In this document: in pieces, positions 1 to 11,700 of the stretch
How the letters are laid out: each line of letters begins with the position of its first letter
Numbering within the stretch: the first letter of the stretch is position 1
Origin: an uncultured Planctomycetia bacterium
Lineage (GTDB): Bacteria; Planctomycetota; MHYJ01; WSZJ01
DNA: 64,000 bases
NCBI GenBank assembly: GCA_963706735.1
Contig: CAVPNQ010000090.1
Location: forward strand, 1,217 to 65,216
Direction: 5' to 3'
Made by a program: the position numbers and the translations under genes
The notes under the pieces: model-generated
Database searches by the model: none
The model's input: the letters and a program-made list of their open reading frames with translations, nothing else
What the model was told of the DNA's origin: nothing

Positions 1-724
1 TCCGGATTTCCTGGGCGAACGCGCTGGCGTGGTGGAAGTCGGTGAGGGGCATCGGGCCGATCTGGCCGCTGCGATGGCAGCTGACGCAGTTCTCGTAGAC
101 GATCGGGGCGACGTGCTTCGCCCACGTCACCGATCCTTCGGTCTTCGGCGCGTCGCGGCGCACGGTGCAGCCCGTCGGTTCCGTCTCCGGCTTCGCGACG
201 TCGCGGCCCGCCAGGATGGCGTCGAGCGCCGCGCGGACGTCGTCGCCCGTCGTGGCGAATCCCATCTGCGTGCGGTCGATGCGCCCGCGGTACCGGATCG
301 CCCAGGTCGCGTCGGCGACGAGCGCCGTCGGGGTGACCTGGATTTGAAGCGCATCGGCGATCGCATGGTCGGCGTCGCGCAGGACGGGGAAGGGAACCGC
401 GTGTTCCTTGTGGTGCGCGGCGATTTCCGCCTGCTCGTTCCGGTTCGAATTGATCTCGAACACCCGGACCCCCTTGTCCGCGTAATCCGACTGGATCCGG
501 GCCAGTTCGGGGAGGAAGCGGTTGCACTGGGGGCACTGGGTCCCGCTGAAGACGATGACGACGGCCTTGGCCCCGGCAAGGTCGGCGCGCTTCAGCACCT
601 TCATCTCCTGGTCGGGGAGTTCGAAGTCGGGGAAGGACTTCGGCGCGGGGGGCGGCTCAGCGGTGAGAGCGGAAGGCGCGAGGAAAAGAGCGGCGGCCAG
701 AAGGAAGGCGGAAGGACGGCGCAT
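1..724 (-). CDS. Secreted thioredoxin-fold (redoxin/TlpA-like) protein fused to a c-type haem (CxxCH) domain; the 3' end runs off the window
   Basis: Absent from the ORF track because it has no in-window stop. My reverse-strand translation from ATG at 724 reads MRRPSAFLLAAALFLAPSALTAEPPPAPKSFPDFELPDQEMKVLKRADLAGAKAVVIVFSGTQCPQCNRFLPELARIQSDYADKGVRVFEINSN...AVPFPVLRDADHAIADALQIQVTPTALV...VTWAKHVAPIVYENCVSCHRSGQIGPMPLTDF. It shows a signal peptide, a CPQC redox motif in a Trx/AhpC-TSA-like context, and a downstream CVSCH haem-binding motif. Confidence 0.75.
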   Translation of the reverse strand, partial: MRRPSAFLLAAALFLAPSALTAEPPPAPKSFPDFELPDQEMKVLKRADLAGAKAVVIVFSGTQCPQCNRFLPELARIQSDYADKGVRVFEINSNRNEQAEIAAHHKEHAVPFPVLRDADHAIADALQIQVTPTALVADATWAIRYRGRIDRTQMGFATTGDDVRAALDAILAGRDVAKPETEPTGCTVRRDAPKTEGSVTWAKHVAPIVYENCVSCHRSGQIGPMPLTDFHHASAFAQEIR

Positions 725-800
725 CCTGGAAATCCCCCTGAAGGTGAATCGGAAGCCCTTGTGCGGACTGCATATCCGTACGGGCGGGAGGAACGCTCGT

Positions 801-830
801 TTGACTCCGCGCCCCTGAAAGCCGTATAAA
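801..830 (+). promoter_or_regulatory. Candidate sigma70-type promoter of the FHA-GAF-HD-GYP gene
   Basis: TTGACT (801-806), an 18-nt spacer, then TATAAA (825-830). GGAG at 863-866 lies 6 nt upstream of ATG 873. Confidence 0.5.
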
Positions 831-872
831 TCAGGCAGCACTGGACCCACACCCCGACAGTTGGAGCACCCC

Positions 873-2363
873 ATGCCCCTCATCCGGGTCAAGGCAGGAG
901 CCGAAGTCGGTCGGACCACGGACATCACGAACGAGGTGATCACGCTCGGGCGCGACCCGAACGCGATGGTCAAGGTGATGGATCACGGGGTGTCGCGGCA
1001 GCACGCGGAGATCTTCAAGATCGGCGAGATGTGCTTCATCCGCGACCTGAAGTCCACGAACGGGACGTTCGTGAACGACCAGAAGATCACGGAAGAGCTC
1101 CTGCGCGCCGGCGACCAGGTGCGCATCGGCAACACGGTGCTGACCTTCGAGGACGGGGGCGCGGCCGAGGCGCAGGAGAAACAGGTCGATTTCGACCAGG
1201 GGCGGGAGCTCCAGGCGCATTCCACCATCGAGCTCAAGCTTGACCGGACCCAGGACAAGAACGTCCCGGCGGCCGAGAAGGTCGGCAAGGAAGTCGAGGA
1301 CCGGAACCTCTCGGCTCTCTACGACGTCGCGCGGATCATCGGGACCGAGCGCGACGCCCAGGGCCTGCTCAACAAGATTCTGGAGCTCGCAGTCCAGTCC
1401 ACCAGCGCCGACACCGGGTACCTCATGCTCCTCGAGAAGGGGACCGGCAAGCTCGTGCCCAAGGCTTCCTTGAGCAAGGAGAAGACCGAGCCCAAGATTT
1501 CCCGCACGATCGTGAAGCGAGTCATGCAGTACGCCCGAGCCATCCTCACCAGCGACGCGATGCTCGATTCGCGCTTCGCCGGCAGCGAGTCGATCGTGAT
1601 GAAGAACATCAAGTCGGTGATCTGCGCGCCGCTCGTCTCGCGCGACAAGATCACGGGGATCCTGTACCTGCACTCCAGCAAGGTGGCCCAGGAATTCTCG
1701 AGCGAAGACCTCGAGCTCGCCACGGCCATCGCACTTCAGGCCGGCATGGCGATCACTTCGTTCCAGGCCGGCGAGGTCCTGCGCAAGACTCTCGTGTCCT
1801 TCGTGAAGACGCTCGTGACGGCGACCGAGATCCGCGACCCGAAGATGCAGGGACACTCCGAGCGCGTGGCGAACTTCGCCATGGCCATCGGCACCCAGCT
1901 CAAGCTGGCCAAGTCGGAACTCCACCGCCTGCACCTCGCCGCGCTCCTGCACGACATCGGAAAGATGGGTCAGCCCCTGCACGCGCCCGAGGGAGCGGAC
2001 AAGGAAAAGTGGAAGGAAGAACACGTCCACCTTGGCGAGAAGCTCGTCGCAAGCATCGAGGGATTCGAGGACGTGCTCCCGGGCGTGAAGTACCACCATG
2101 AGCACATGGACGGCAGCGGATTCCCCTACAAGCTCAAAGGCGACGCCATTCCGCAGATCGCGCGCATCCTCTGCGTGGCAAACGACTTCGACAATGCGAC
2201 GGCGCGCGGCGGCCTCCAGGGGACGGGAATTCCCGTGAAGGACGTCCTCATCGACATGGGCAGGACGGGGGACGCCAAGTACGACGACGCGGTGATCCAG
2301 GCGCTGCTGGTTTGCCACCGCAACGGGACACTCTTCGCGCCGACGAGCCCGTTCGAGCTGTAG
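873..2363 (+). CDS. FHA - GAF - HD-GYP domain protein (putative phospho-Thr-gated c-di-GMP phosphodiesterase)
   Basis: The track ORF 861-2363 starts at TTG; ATG 873 has the better SD. FHA region: ITLGRDPNAMVKVMDHGVSRQHAEIF...LKSTNGTFVN. GAF-like region: LLNKILELAVQSTSADTGYLMLLEKGTGKLVP...ITGILYLHS. HD-GYP region: HSERVANFAMAIG...AALLHDIGKM...YHHEHMDGSGFPYKL, a GFP variant of GYP. Confidence 0.9.
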   Translation: MPLIRVKAGAEVGRTTDITNEVITLGRDPNAMVKVMDHGVSRQHAEIFKIGEMCFIRDLKSTNGTFVNDQKITEELLRAGDQVRIGNTVLTFEDGGAAEAQEKQVDFDQGRELQAHSTIELKLDRTQDKNVPAAEKVGKEVEDRNLSALYDVARIIGTERDAQGLLNKILELAVQSTSADTGYLMLLEKGTGKLVPKASLSKEKTEPKISRTIVKRVMQYARAILTSDAMLDSRFAGSESIVMKNIKSVICAPLVSRDKITGILYLHSSKVAQEFSSEDLELATAIALQAGMAITSFQAGEVLRKTLVSFVKTLVTATEIRDPKMQGHSERVANFAMAIGTQLKLAKSELHRLHLAALLHDIGKMGQPLHAPEGADKEKWKEEHVHLGEKLVASIEGFEDVLPGVKYHHEHMDGSGFPYKLKGDAIPQIARILCVANDFDNATARGGLQGTGIPVKDVLIDMGRTGDAKYDDAVIQALLVCHRNGTLFAPTSPFEL

Positions 2364-2571
2364 GGCGCCGAGTCGGGGGGCGGCCCCTGCGGCCGGTGTC
2401 CCTTGGAACCGCAAAATGTCCAACCGGTGCCTTGGGCAAGGTTAAGGTCCATGAAGCGGCCGGATATCTTGAATGTTTACCCGTTTTGCAATGAGCACTT
2501 CTGAACGCCACTCGTCCCTCGCGTTCAAGTTGATGAAACGCGTGAAATCAGAATCTTAACCGTGCTTTTGC

Positions 2572-2600
2572 TTGCGGTGAATGTCGCGAGAGCCTAATTT
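2572..2600 (+). promoter_or_regulatory. Weak candidate promoter for the giant repeat-protein gene
   Basis: TTGCGG (2572-2577), 17 nt, then TAATTT (2595-2600), inside a 340-bp intergenic region of lower GC. A strong SD, AGGAGA at 2693-2698, precedes ATG 2704. Confidence 0.25.
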
Positions 2601-2703
2601 CCCCGCCCCCAAAGAACCGGATTCTCACCGCACGGCCTGCGAAAATCCGGCTCCCGCTCGGGAACGAATACACACTTAACGTCATTAACTATAGGAGAAT
2701 TAC

Positions 2704-5700
2704 ATGAAGCGTTCCGTTTTCGCCCGCCTCGTCGCGCCCGCGGCTCTCGCCGTGGCCGCCACCGTGGCCATCTGGGCCCCGGGTTCACCCGCGCGCCAGG
2801 AAAGCTCTTCGCGCGACCTCGCATGGCTCGACCGCGCCATCGAAACCCGCGGCGCGGCCCCCGTGCCGCCCGCCCCGCCCGTCGCCGCCCCGGATCGCGC
2901 GAAACTTCCGCGCGCCACCGGCGTCGCCAATGGCAGCTACGACACGAAAATCGAAGGCGACACGTTCGTCTTCGGCTCGCCTGCCTCCGCCGAAACCAAA
3001 TTCAACCTGCGCTTCGGCCCGGTCGTCGTGACCAGCAGCGGCGTGGTGCTGAGCGGCGGAAACACCGGCGACTACGACGTCGCGAACGGCGGCTTCGAAG
3101 CCAAGCGCGGCGAGATCGCCGAGCGCTACATGTATGACAACTCCCGGGTCGAGCAGTTCTTCGTGATCCCGACGAAGCCCGAGACGGCCGGCGCGATTGA
3201 AGTCGCCAGCCCGATCGGGATGCCCCCCGCGACCAAAGTCGAAGTTGTCGGCTACGGCTGGCATGACGCCCGGTTCGCCAAGGGCGGCCTTCGCGTCCTG
3301 GACGACGCGGGAAGCGAAGTCGCCGCGATCTACGGCGCGCGCGTGGTGGATGCCGATGGCCGCCAGCTGGACCTGGCCATGGGCTACGAAAACGGCGCCA
3401 TGACGATGACGGTGCCGGCTTCGTTCGTCGCGATCGCGACCTTCCCGATCACCGTTGACCCTTGGATCGAGCTGGCGGGAAGCGGTACAGTCGCTGGCAT
3501 TCCAGGCGACCCTGCGAATCTGGGGACTCCGGACGGAGTCTCGATGACGCTCACGGGTTCGAACATGCCTGTCGTGGCCTGGTGCAATGCGGACGCGACT
3601 CCGGACGTTTGCGTCAGCGTCTACAACCCTGGGACCGCAACCTGGCTCGGCCTCGCCGGCTCGACGACGGCCACCGGTATCAGCGGCGGAGGAGCGAGTT
3701 TTTACCCGACAGTCGCCTGCCCGACCACGCTGAACCCGGCGGTGGCTTGGCAGACTGGTGCAGACCAGATCTTTTTCCGCAGGTGGAATGGCGTTAGCTG
3801 GGAGGATCTTGCCGGATCCGGCGCCGCCCACATCGGCACGCTTGGGGTTCCTTCCTCAACGCCTTCGCTGGCGCTTGACGCCTCCGGCAACCCGTGCATT
3901 GCGTGGCTCGGGGATGAAGGTGCGGGCTCATTCGGGATTCGCCTGAGGCTGTGGAACCCGTCGACCGCCGCGTGGGTGGAGTTGGGCGGCTCCGACGGCT
4001 TGGCGGGATCGGGCGGACTCAGTGGACTCATCACGGCCTCGGTGGGAACGGACAAGCCCTCTGTTGCCATCGACCCCATGGGTCGCCCCGTGGTGGCTTG
4101 GACCAGTGCCTTCGCTGGCGGGGTGCAAGTGTACCTCCGGCGTTACAACCCGACCTCGGGCGGGTGGGACGCCCTCGGAGCCTCCGCCACAGCCGGGACC
4201 GGCCTTTCGGCACTGGCTGCTGGTTTCGACGATGCGCAGGATCCCCAGGTGGCGTTCAACTCCCTGGGCGAACCGATGGTGGCGTGGTCAAGCTTGGGAA
4301 CCGGCGGAGCCAGGGAGATTTTCCTGAGGTCCTTCAATCCGTTCACGGCTGCCTGGGATGAATTCGCGGGATCGGGAACCGCGGACGGCCTCAGCGGAAC
4401 CGCCGGAGGCATTTCGGAAACCCCCGCGCTCAAGTGCAACGCCTCCGGAATCCCGACGGTTGTCTGGCGGGAGACCGTCGGCGCGTTAGAACACATCTAC
4501 GCGCGCCGGTTGCAGAGCGGGGTGTGGGTCGAACTTGCAGGGTCCGGGTCCACCACGGGTATCAGCGGCGCCCTCGGCGACGCGATCGAGACGGCGCTGG
4601 CCATCCGAACTGACGGATATCCGGCGGCGGCCTGGCTTGGCTCGACGACAGGCACGAAGCACTACCGGGAATACAACGGACTCGAGGTGCCGATCGCGGC
4701 GGCACAGAGGCAGACAGCCTCTCCGTTCTTGGCCATCCCCCTGACGGGCTCGTCATCCACGTCCTCGGTGCGTCTTGACGCGACCCTGTCCGTGATGATT
4801 CCGTCGACCGCCAGGCTGCAGTTTGAAGTTCAGCCGAACGCGACTGCATTCACCGACGTTCCGACGGCGGAAACGTCTCTTCTTGCCGCGGGCTCGACCG
4901 GAGCCGTGGTCATTCCCCTGACGCCGGGGCTCTACAAGTGGCAGTACCGCGCCCAGGCTGCCGATCCGAGCATCACTTCGGCCTGGACGGCCTTCGACCC
5001 GGCTCCTGCCGTGGACTTCGAGGTCGGCACCGCGCCGGCTGCCCCGGTCTTCACAGAGCTGACGCAGCACGAGCTGGTTTCGGGCGCGCTTCTCGTCGAC
5101 GGCGGCTCGACCCTGGAGGGCGGGATCATCTTCCGGTACACGCCGGGGGTTGCGCTGACCGAAGCCCTCCGCCTGCAGGTCGATTTCACGGCGGACGGGA
5201 TTCCAGATGTCGAAAGCCCGCTCAGCCTGGCCACACCGGCGTCGCCCATCAGCATCAGCGTCCCGCTTCCTCTCGGTGGATACGACTGGACGGCACGCCT
5301 CCAGAATGCAGCGGGCGTGAGTTCCTCCTTCACTGCGTTCGAGACGGGCGGCGGCACCGACTTCACTGTTGCGGCCGCACCGGCTCCCCCGACACCTGGC
5401 GACCCGACCGCGCTCGGTCAGTTCCGCCTCGACGGCACGACCGTGATTCCCGCGGCCGGCACCACGCCGGAGGGCGCGGTCGTTCTCCGCGCGACGACTC
5501 CCGCCGGCGCCCCGGGCGAACTGTTCCGGGTCCAGTTCGAAGTCGCACCCACGGGCGGTCTGACCGGCATCCCCGACGCCGAGTCCGTCCTGGTTCCGCC
5601 TTCCACGATCGTCTCCGTCACCCTTCCGCTCACCGACGGCGCTTTTGAGTGGCAGGCCCGCAGCATCAGCTCCTTCCTGGTCACCTCCGCCCCCTTCGTC

Positions 5701-8700
5701 CTGTTCGGCGGCGCCGGGCTCGACTTCAACGTTGACTCGCCCTTCGTCGGTACCCCCCCGGGCTCCCCGACGACCCCGGGCCAGTTCTTCCTGGATGGCA
5801 CCACGCCGATCGGAAGCGGCGGTGCGACGCTCGAAGGCGCGGTCGTCTTCCGCGCCACGCTTCCTGCCAGCACGGACATGGTCAGGCTGCAGCTCGAAGT
5901 GCAGACCGAACCGGGCGTGTTCACCGACTTCCCGGACGCCGAATCCGCGCTTCTTCCGGGCGGCACCACGATCGACATCACGTTCCCGGTCGGCATCGGG
6001 TCGTTCAAGTGGCAGGTGAGGACGGTCAGCTCCGCGCTGGCGGCCTCGGCCTGGATCCCGTTCCCGGGCGGGCCGGTTGACTTCACGTCGCCGGCGACGC
6101 CGACGGTGCCTCCGACCGCGCCGCTCGCGGGCGGGCTTGCACAGAGGAACCTGGACGGAACGCTCATCGCTTCGGGCGGGACCGCGTTCTCGGAGCTCGT
6201 GCTGTTCGAGGCGGTTGTTCCCGGTCTTGTGACGGAAGTGAACCGGATCCAGTTCGACATCGAACTGATCGGCGTCGGCCCGGACGGCGTTCCTGACATC
6301 GAGTCGCCGCTGGCTGCGGGAGGCTCGACGGTCAGCGTCCCTGTTCCGCTGGGAGTCGGGAGTTACATGTGGTCCGCGCGGGCGATCGGCCCGACCGGTC
6401 TCACGTCCGCGTGGACGACGTTCGGCGGGGTCTTCGGAACCGACTTCATTGTGACGGTCGGGTCGTCGATTCCTCCGACCGGTCCGGTGACTCTCGGCCA
6501 GGAAAACCTGGATGGCACGACGATCGGGTCCGGCGGCACCGCCGCTGGAAACAGCGTCGTCTTCGAAGTCGTCGTCCCGGGAGCCGCGGTGGAGTTGAAC
6601 CGGATCCAGGTCGACGTGGAGGCGGGTCTTCTCGACCTTCAGCCTGACGGCGAAAGCCCGCTGGTTGCCGGCGGTACGACGGTTCAGATCGTCCTTCCGT
6701 TCGGCGTCGGCTCGTATAACTGGGCCGTCCGGACGCAGAGCTCGCTGGGTCTGAATTCCGCCTGGGTGGCGCTGCCCGGCGGTCCCGCGGACTTCGTGAT
6801 CGCAACGGGCGGCTCAACGCCGGCCGCGCCTTCCACGCTGGCACAGTTGAATCCCGACGCTTCTCCCATCGCGCCGGTGGGCGCGACGGCGGCTGGTTCG
6901 ATCGTCGTCTTCCAGGTGATCGTTCCCGGCCTGGCAACCGACCTGAACCGCGTGCAGGTTGACGTGGAACTGGCGGGCACGCTGGACTTCATCCCCGATG
7001 TCGAAAGCGCGCTCGTCGCAGGCGGTACGACGGTTTCGATCTCCGTGCCCTTCGCGGACGGAACGTATGACTGGCAGGTCCGGACGCAGAGCGCTGGTGG
7101 CGCCAACTCGGCCTTCACCGCCTTCGCGGCCGCTTCACCCGACTTCGTTATCTCCACCGGTGTCACGCCCCCGGCAGCACCGGCGGCTCCCGTGACGCTG
7201 TCGCAGCTCAACATCGACGGGACCGCGATCGGCCTGGGCCTCACGGCCTCGGGCGGTTCGGTCGCGTTCCAGGTCGTGGTTCCGGGCGCACCGGGCGACC
7301 TGAACCGGATCCAGGTTTCGTACGCCGCAGGCGTTCCTGACCTGACGCCCGAGCTGGAAAGCCCGCTCGTTCCGTTCCCCTCGACCGTGACCATGACGGC
7401 GCCGCTCGCCCCGGGTTCGTATAACTGGCAGGCGCGCACCGTCAGCTCCTTCAACCTCTTCTCGGCCTACACTTCTTTCTCCGCTTCTTCCCCGGACTTC
7501 ATCGTCGCAGTGGGCGGCCTTCCTCCCACGGCCCCGGTGGCCGGCCTGATGGACCAGCAGAATCCCGATGGCTCCTCGATCGTGTCGGGCGCCACGGCGG
7601 CCGGTTCGATCGTGGTGTTCGAAGTGACCGTGCCGGGTGCGGCGACGGACCTGAACCGCATCCAGGTGGACGTTGAAGTGGGTGGCCTTGACAGCATCCC
7701 GGACGTGGAGAGCCCGATCGTCGTCGGCGGTACCGTGGTGACGATCAGCGTTCCCCTGGCGAACGGCCTCTACGACTGGCAGGCCCGCACCCAGAGCAGC
7801 GCCGGCGCCGTATCCGCTTACACCGCGTTCACCGGTGGCCCTTCTGATTTCGAAATCGACACGACGACACCCGCGCCCCCGACGCCTCCGGTTCCGGCGA
7901 CGCTGGTGCAGAGGAACCTGAACGGGACGTTGATCGGGCTGGGCAGCACGGCGGTGGGGAACACGGTCAGTTTCGAAGTGGTTGTCCCCGGGCTGCTGCC
8001 GACCGACCAGAACCGGATCCAGGTGTCGTATGCGATCGGCATTCCGGATGCGACTCCCGAACTGGAAAGCCCGCTGGTGCTCACGGGTTCGACGGTGACG
8101 ATGACCGTCCCGCTGGGCGTCGGCGCTTACAACTGGCAGGCTCGCACGCAGAGTTCGTTCGGCGTGAACTCGGCTTACACGGCGTTTGACGCATCCTCGC
8201 CCGACTTCGTGATTGCGACGGGCGGGGTTGCGCCGACGGCTCCGCTGGTCGCAGGAATGGACCAGCAGAACCCCGACGCGACTTCGATCGGTTCGGGCGC
8301 CACGGCGGCCGGTTCGATCGTGGTGTTCGCCGTCACGGTTCCGGGTGCAGCGACCGACCTGAACCGGGTGCAGGTGGACGTCGAGTCCGCCGGCCTTGAC
8401 GGCATCCCGGACGTGGAGAGCTCGCTCGTCCCGGGCGGAACGCTCGTGACGATCAGCGTTCCTCTCGCGAACGGTCTCTACGACTGGCAGGCCAGGACGC
8501 AGAGCAGCACGGGAGCGGTCTCCGGTTACACGCTCTTCCCGGGCGGCCCGGCCGACTTTGAAATCGACACGACGGTTCCGCCCCCGGTGGCCCCCGCGGC
8601 GCCGGCGACCCTGGCTCAGCGAAACCTGGACGGGACTTTGATCGCGCTCGCCGGAACGGCGTCGGTGAACACGGTCAGGTTCGAAGTGCTTGTCCCCGGC

Positions 8701-11700
8701 GCTCCCGGCGACATGAACCGCATCCAGGTGTCGTATGCGATCGGCGCCCCGGACACGACGCCGGAAGTTGAAAGCCCGCTGGTGCTCGCCGGCTCGACGG
8801 TGACGATGACCGTTCCGCTCGCCGTCGGCGCTTACAACTGGCAGGCCCGCACGCAGAGTTCGTTCGGCCTGGAATCGGGATACACGGCGTTTGACGCTTC
8901 GACGCCCGACTTCGTCGTCGTGACGGGCGGGGCATCCCCGGCCGCTCCTCTCGCCGCAGGGATGGACCAGCAGAACCCGGATGGCTCTTCGATCGGATCG
9001 GGCGCCACGGCGGCCGGCTCGATCGTGGTCTTCGAAGTGACGGTTCCTGGGGCGGCGACGGACCTGAACCGCGTCCAGATCGATTTCGAGACGACGGGGC
9101 TGGACGGGGTGCCGGACCTTGAAGGGCCGCTGGTGACAGGCGGCACGACGGTGACGATCGGCGTTTCGCTGGCGAACGGCCTTTACGACTGGCAGGCGCG
9201 GACGCAGAGCAGCACGGGAGCGGTTTCCGGATACACCGCGTTCCCGGGCGGTCCTTCCGACTTCGAGATCGACACGACGGTTCCTCCGCCGGTGGCCCCT
9301 GCGGCGCCGGTGACCCTGACGCAACGGAACCTGGATGGGACGGTGATCGCGCTCGCGGGCACGGCGACCGGGAACACGGTCCGGTTTGAAGCCCTGGTTC
9401 CTGGCGCGCCCGGTGACATGAACCGGATCCAGGTGTCGTACGCCATCGGCGCCCCGGACACGACGCCGGAAGTCGAAAGCCCGCTGGTTCTCGCCGGCTC
9501 GACGGTGACGATGACCGTCCCGCTCGGTGTCGGCTCATACAACTGGCAGGCGCGCACGCAGAGCTCGGTCGGCCTGAGCTCGGGTTACACGGCGTTTGAC
9601 GCTTCGACGCCGGACTTCGTCGTCGCGACGGGCGGAGCCGCTCCTGGCGCTCCTCTCGCCGCAGGGATGGACCAGCAGAATCCGGATACTTCCTCGATCG
9701 GCACGGGCGCCACGGCGGCCGGCTCGATCGTGGTGTTTGTCGTGACGGTCCCGGGCGTGGCGGCGGATCTCAACCGGGTGCAGGTCGACGTGGAATCCAC
9801 CGGCCTTGACGGGATTCCCGACGTGGAAAGCTCGCTCGTCCCGGGCGGAACGGTCGTCTCGATCAGCGTTCCGCTCGCCGACGGCCTCTACGACTGGCAG
9901 GTCCGGACGCAGAGCAGCGCGGGCGCCGTCTCCGGTTACACGGCGTTCCCGGGCGGCCCTTCGGACTTCGTGGTCGACACGACGACTCCGGCGCCGGTTC
10001 CTCCGGGCGCGCCGGTCGCGCTTTCGATGGACCAGCTGAACCTGGACGGCACGTCGATCGCCCCTTCCGGCGGCACGGCGCTGTCGAACCTGGTGGTATT
10101 CGAAGTGGCGGTCCCCGGCGTTCCGGCGGACCTGAACAGGATCCAGGTTGACGTGGAAGCGACGGGCGCGCTGGACGGGGTGGTGAACTTTGAGAGCCCG
10201 CTGGTTCCCGGCGGAACGACGGTCACGATCCAGGCGTCGTTCGCAAACGGTTCTTACGAGTGGCAGGCGAGGACGCAGAGCTCGATGATGGCGAACTCGG
10301 CCTTCACGGCGTTCACGGGCGGTCCGGACGACTTCGTGGTGGCGCAGGGTGGCCCGGTGCCGCCGGTTTCGTCGGGCCTGACGCAGACGAACTCGGACGG
10401 CTCGGTGATCGGTTCCGGCGCGACGACGGCGACGGGGACGGTGGTGTTCGGTGGAACGGTCTCGACGACGCCTGCCGGCGGCTCGGCGCGCCTGCAGGTC
10501 GAGTTCTCGACCGGCGGCTTCACCGGGGTTCCGGACGTTGAATCCCCGCTCGTTCCGGACGGCACCGCGGTCAGCATTTCGGTGCCGATGGCCGACGGGT
10601 CGTACAGCTGGCAGGCGCGGACGCAGAGCTCGGCAGGCGCCGTCTCGGCCTACACGGCCTTTGCGGGCGGTCCGCCGGACTTCGTCGTGGCGGTCGGCGG
10701 CGGCGGCGTTCCTCCTTCCGTCCCGACCGGGCTGGACCAGCAGAACCTTGATACGACCTCGATCCCGGCGGCCGGTGCGGCGACGGGTTCGACGGTGGTC
10801 TTCGAAGCGATTGTCGGCGGCACGCCGGGTTCGCTGAACCGGTTGCAGGTCGAGTTCAACCCGACGGGCCCGGGCTTCACGGCCGTTCCGGACGTCGAAA
10901 GCCCGCTCGTCACGGCCGGAAGCGTGGTGCACATCGCCGTTCCGCACTCCCCGGGCACGTTCCAGTGGCAGGCCCGGACGCAGTCCAGCATGGGCGCCGT
11001 GTCGGCCTTCGTGGAGTTCGCGGCCGGCGGCGTCACCGACTACATCGTGACGTCCATCGCCGGCGGTCCTGCGCCGGCTTTCCCGATCGCCCTGACCCAG
11101 CTTGAACTCGACGGTGTGACCGGCATCGCTCCCGGCGGCACGACGACCGAACCGGTCGTCGTCTTCCGCGCGACCCTGCCTGGCGCCGCCGTCGATCTCA
11201 ACAGGCTCCAGGTCGAATACCTGCCCTCCGTCGCGGCTCTCTTCACCGGGAACCCGACGGTCGAAAGCCCGCTCGTCCCGGGCGGAGCCACCATCTCCAT
11301 CGTGGCCCCGATCGCCGACGGGTCGTGGCAGTGGAGGGCCCGGTCGCAGTCGTCGTCCACCGCCGTCTCGACGTGGGTGGACTTCGGCGGCGCGGCTCCT
11401 GGCGTCGATTTCATCGTCAACACGGTCGGCGTCGTTCCGCCGGCTCCCGCGGGTCTCGCCCAGCAGAACGCCGATACGTCCTCGATCGCACCGGGCGGCA
11501 CCGCCGTCACGGACGTCGTCCGCTTCGGCGCAACCGTGACGTCCACCACCGGCGAAGAAGTCAGCCTCCAGGTTGACTTCGCCCCGGTCGGCGGTCTCTC
11601 CGGTACTCCTGACATCGAAAGCCCGCTCGTCCCGCCGGGATCGCTCGTCTTCATCAGCATCCCCCTCGGCGACGGCTCGTACGAATGGCAGGCGCGCACC

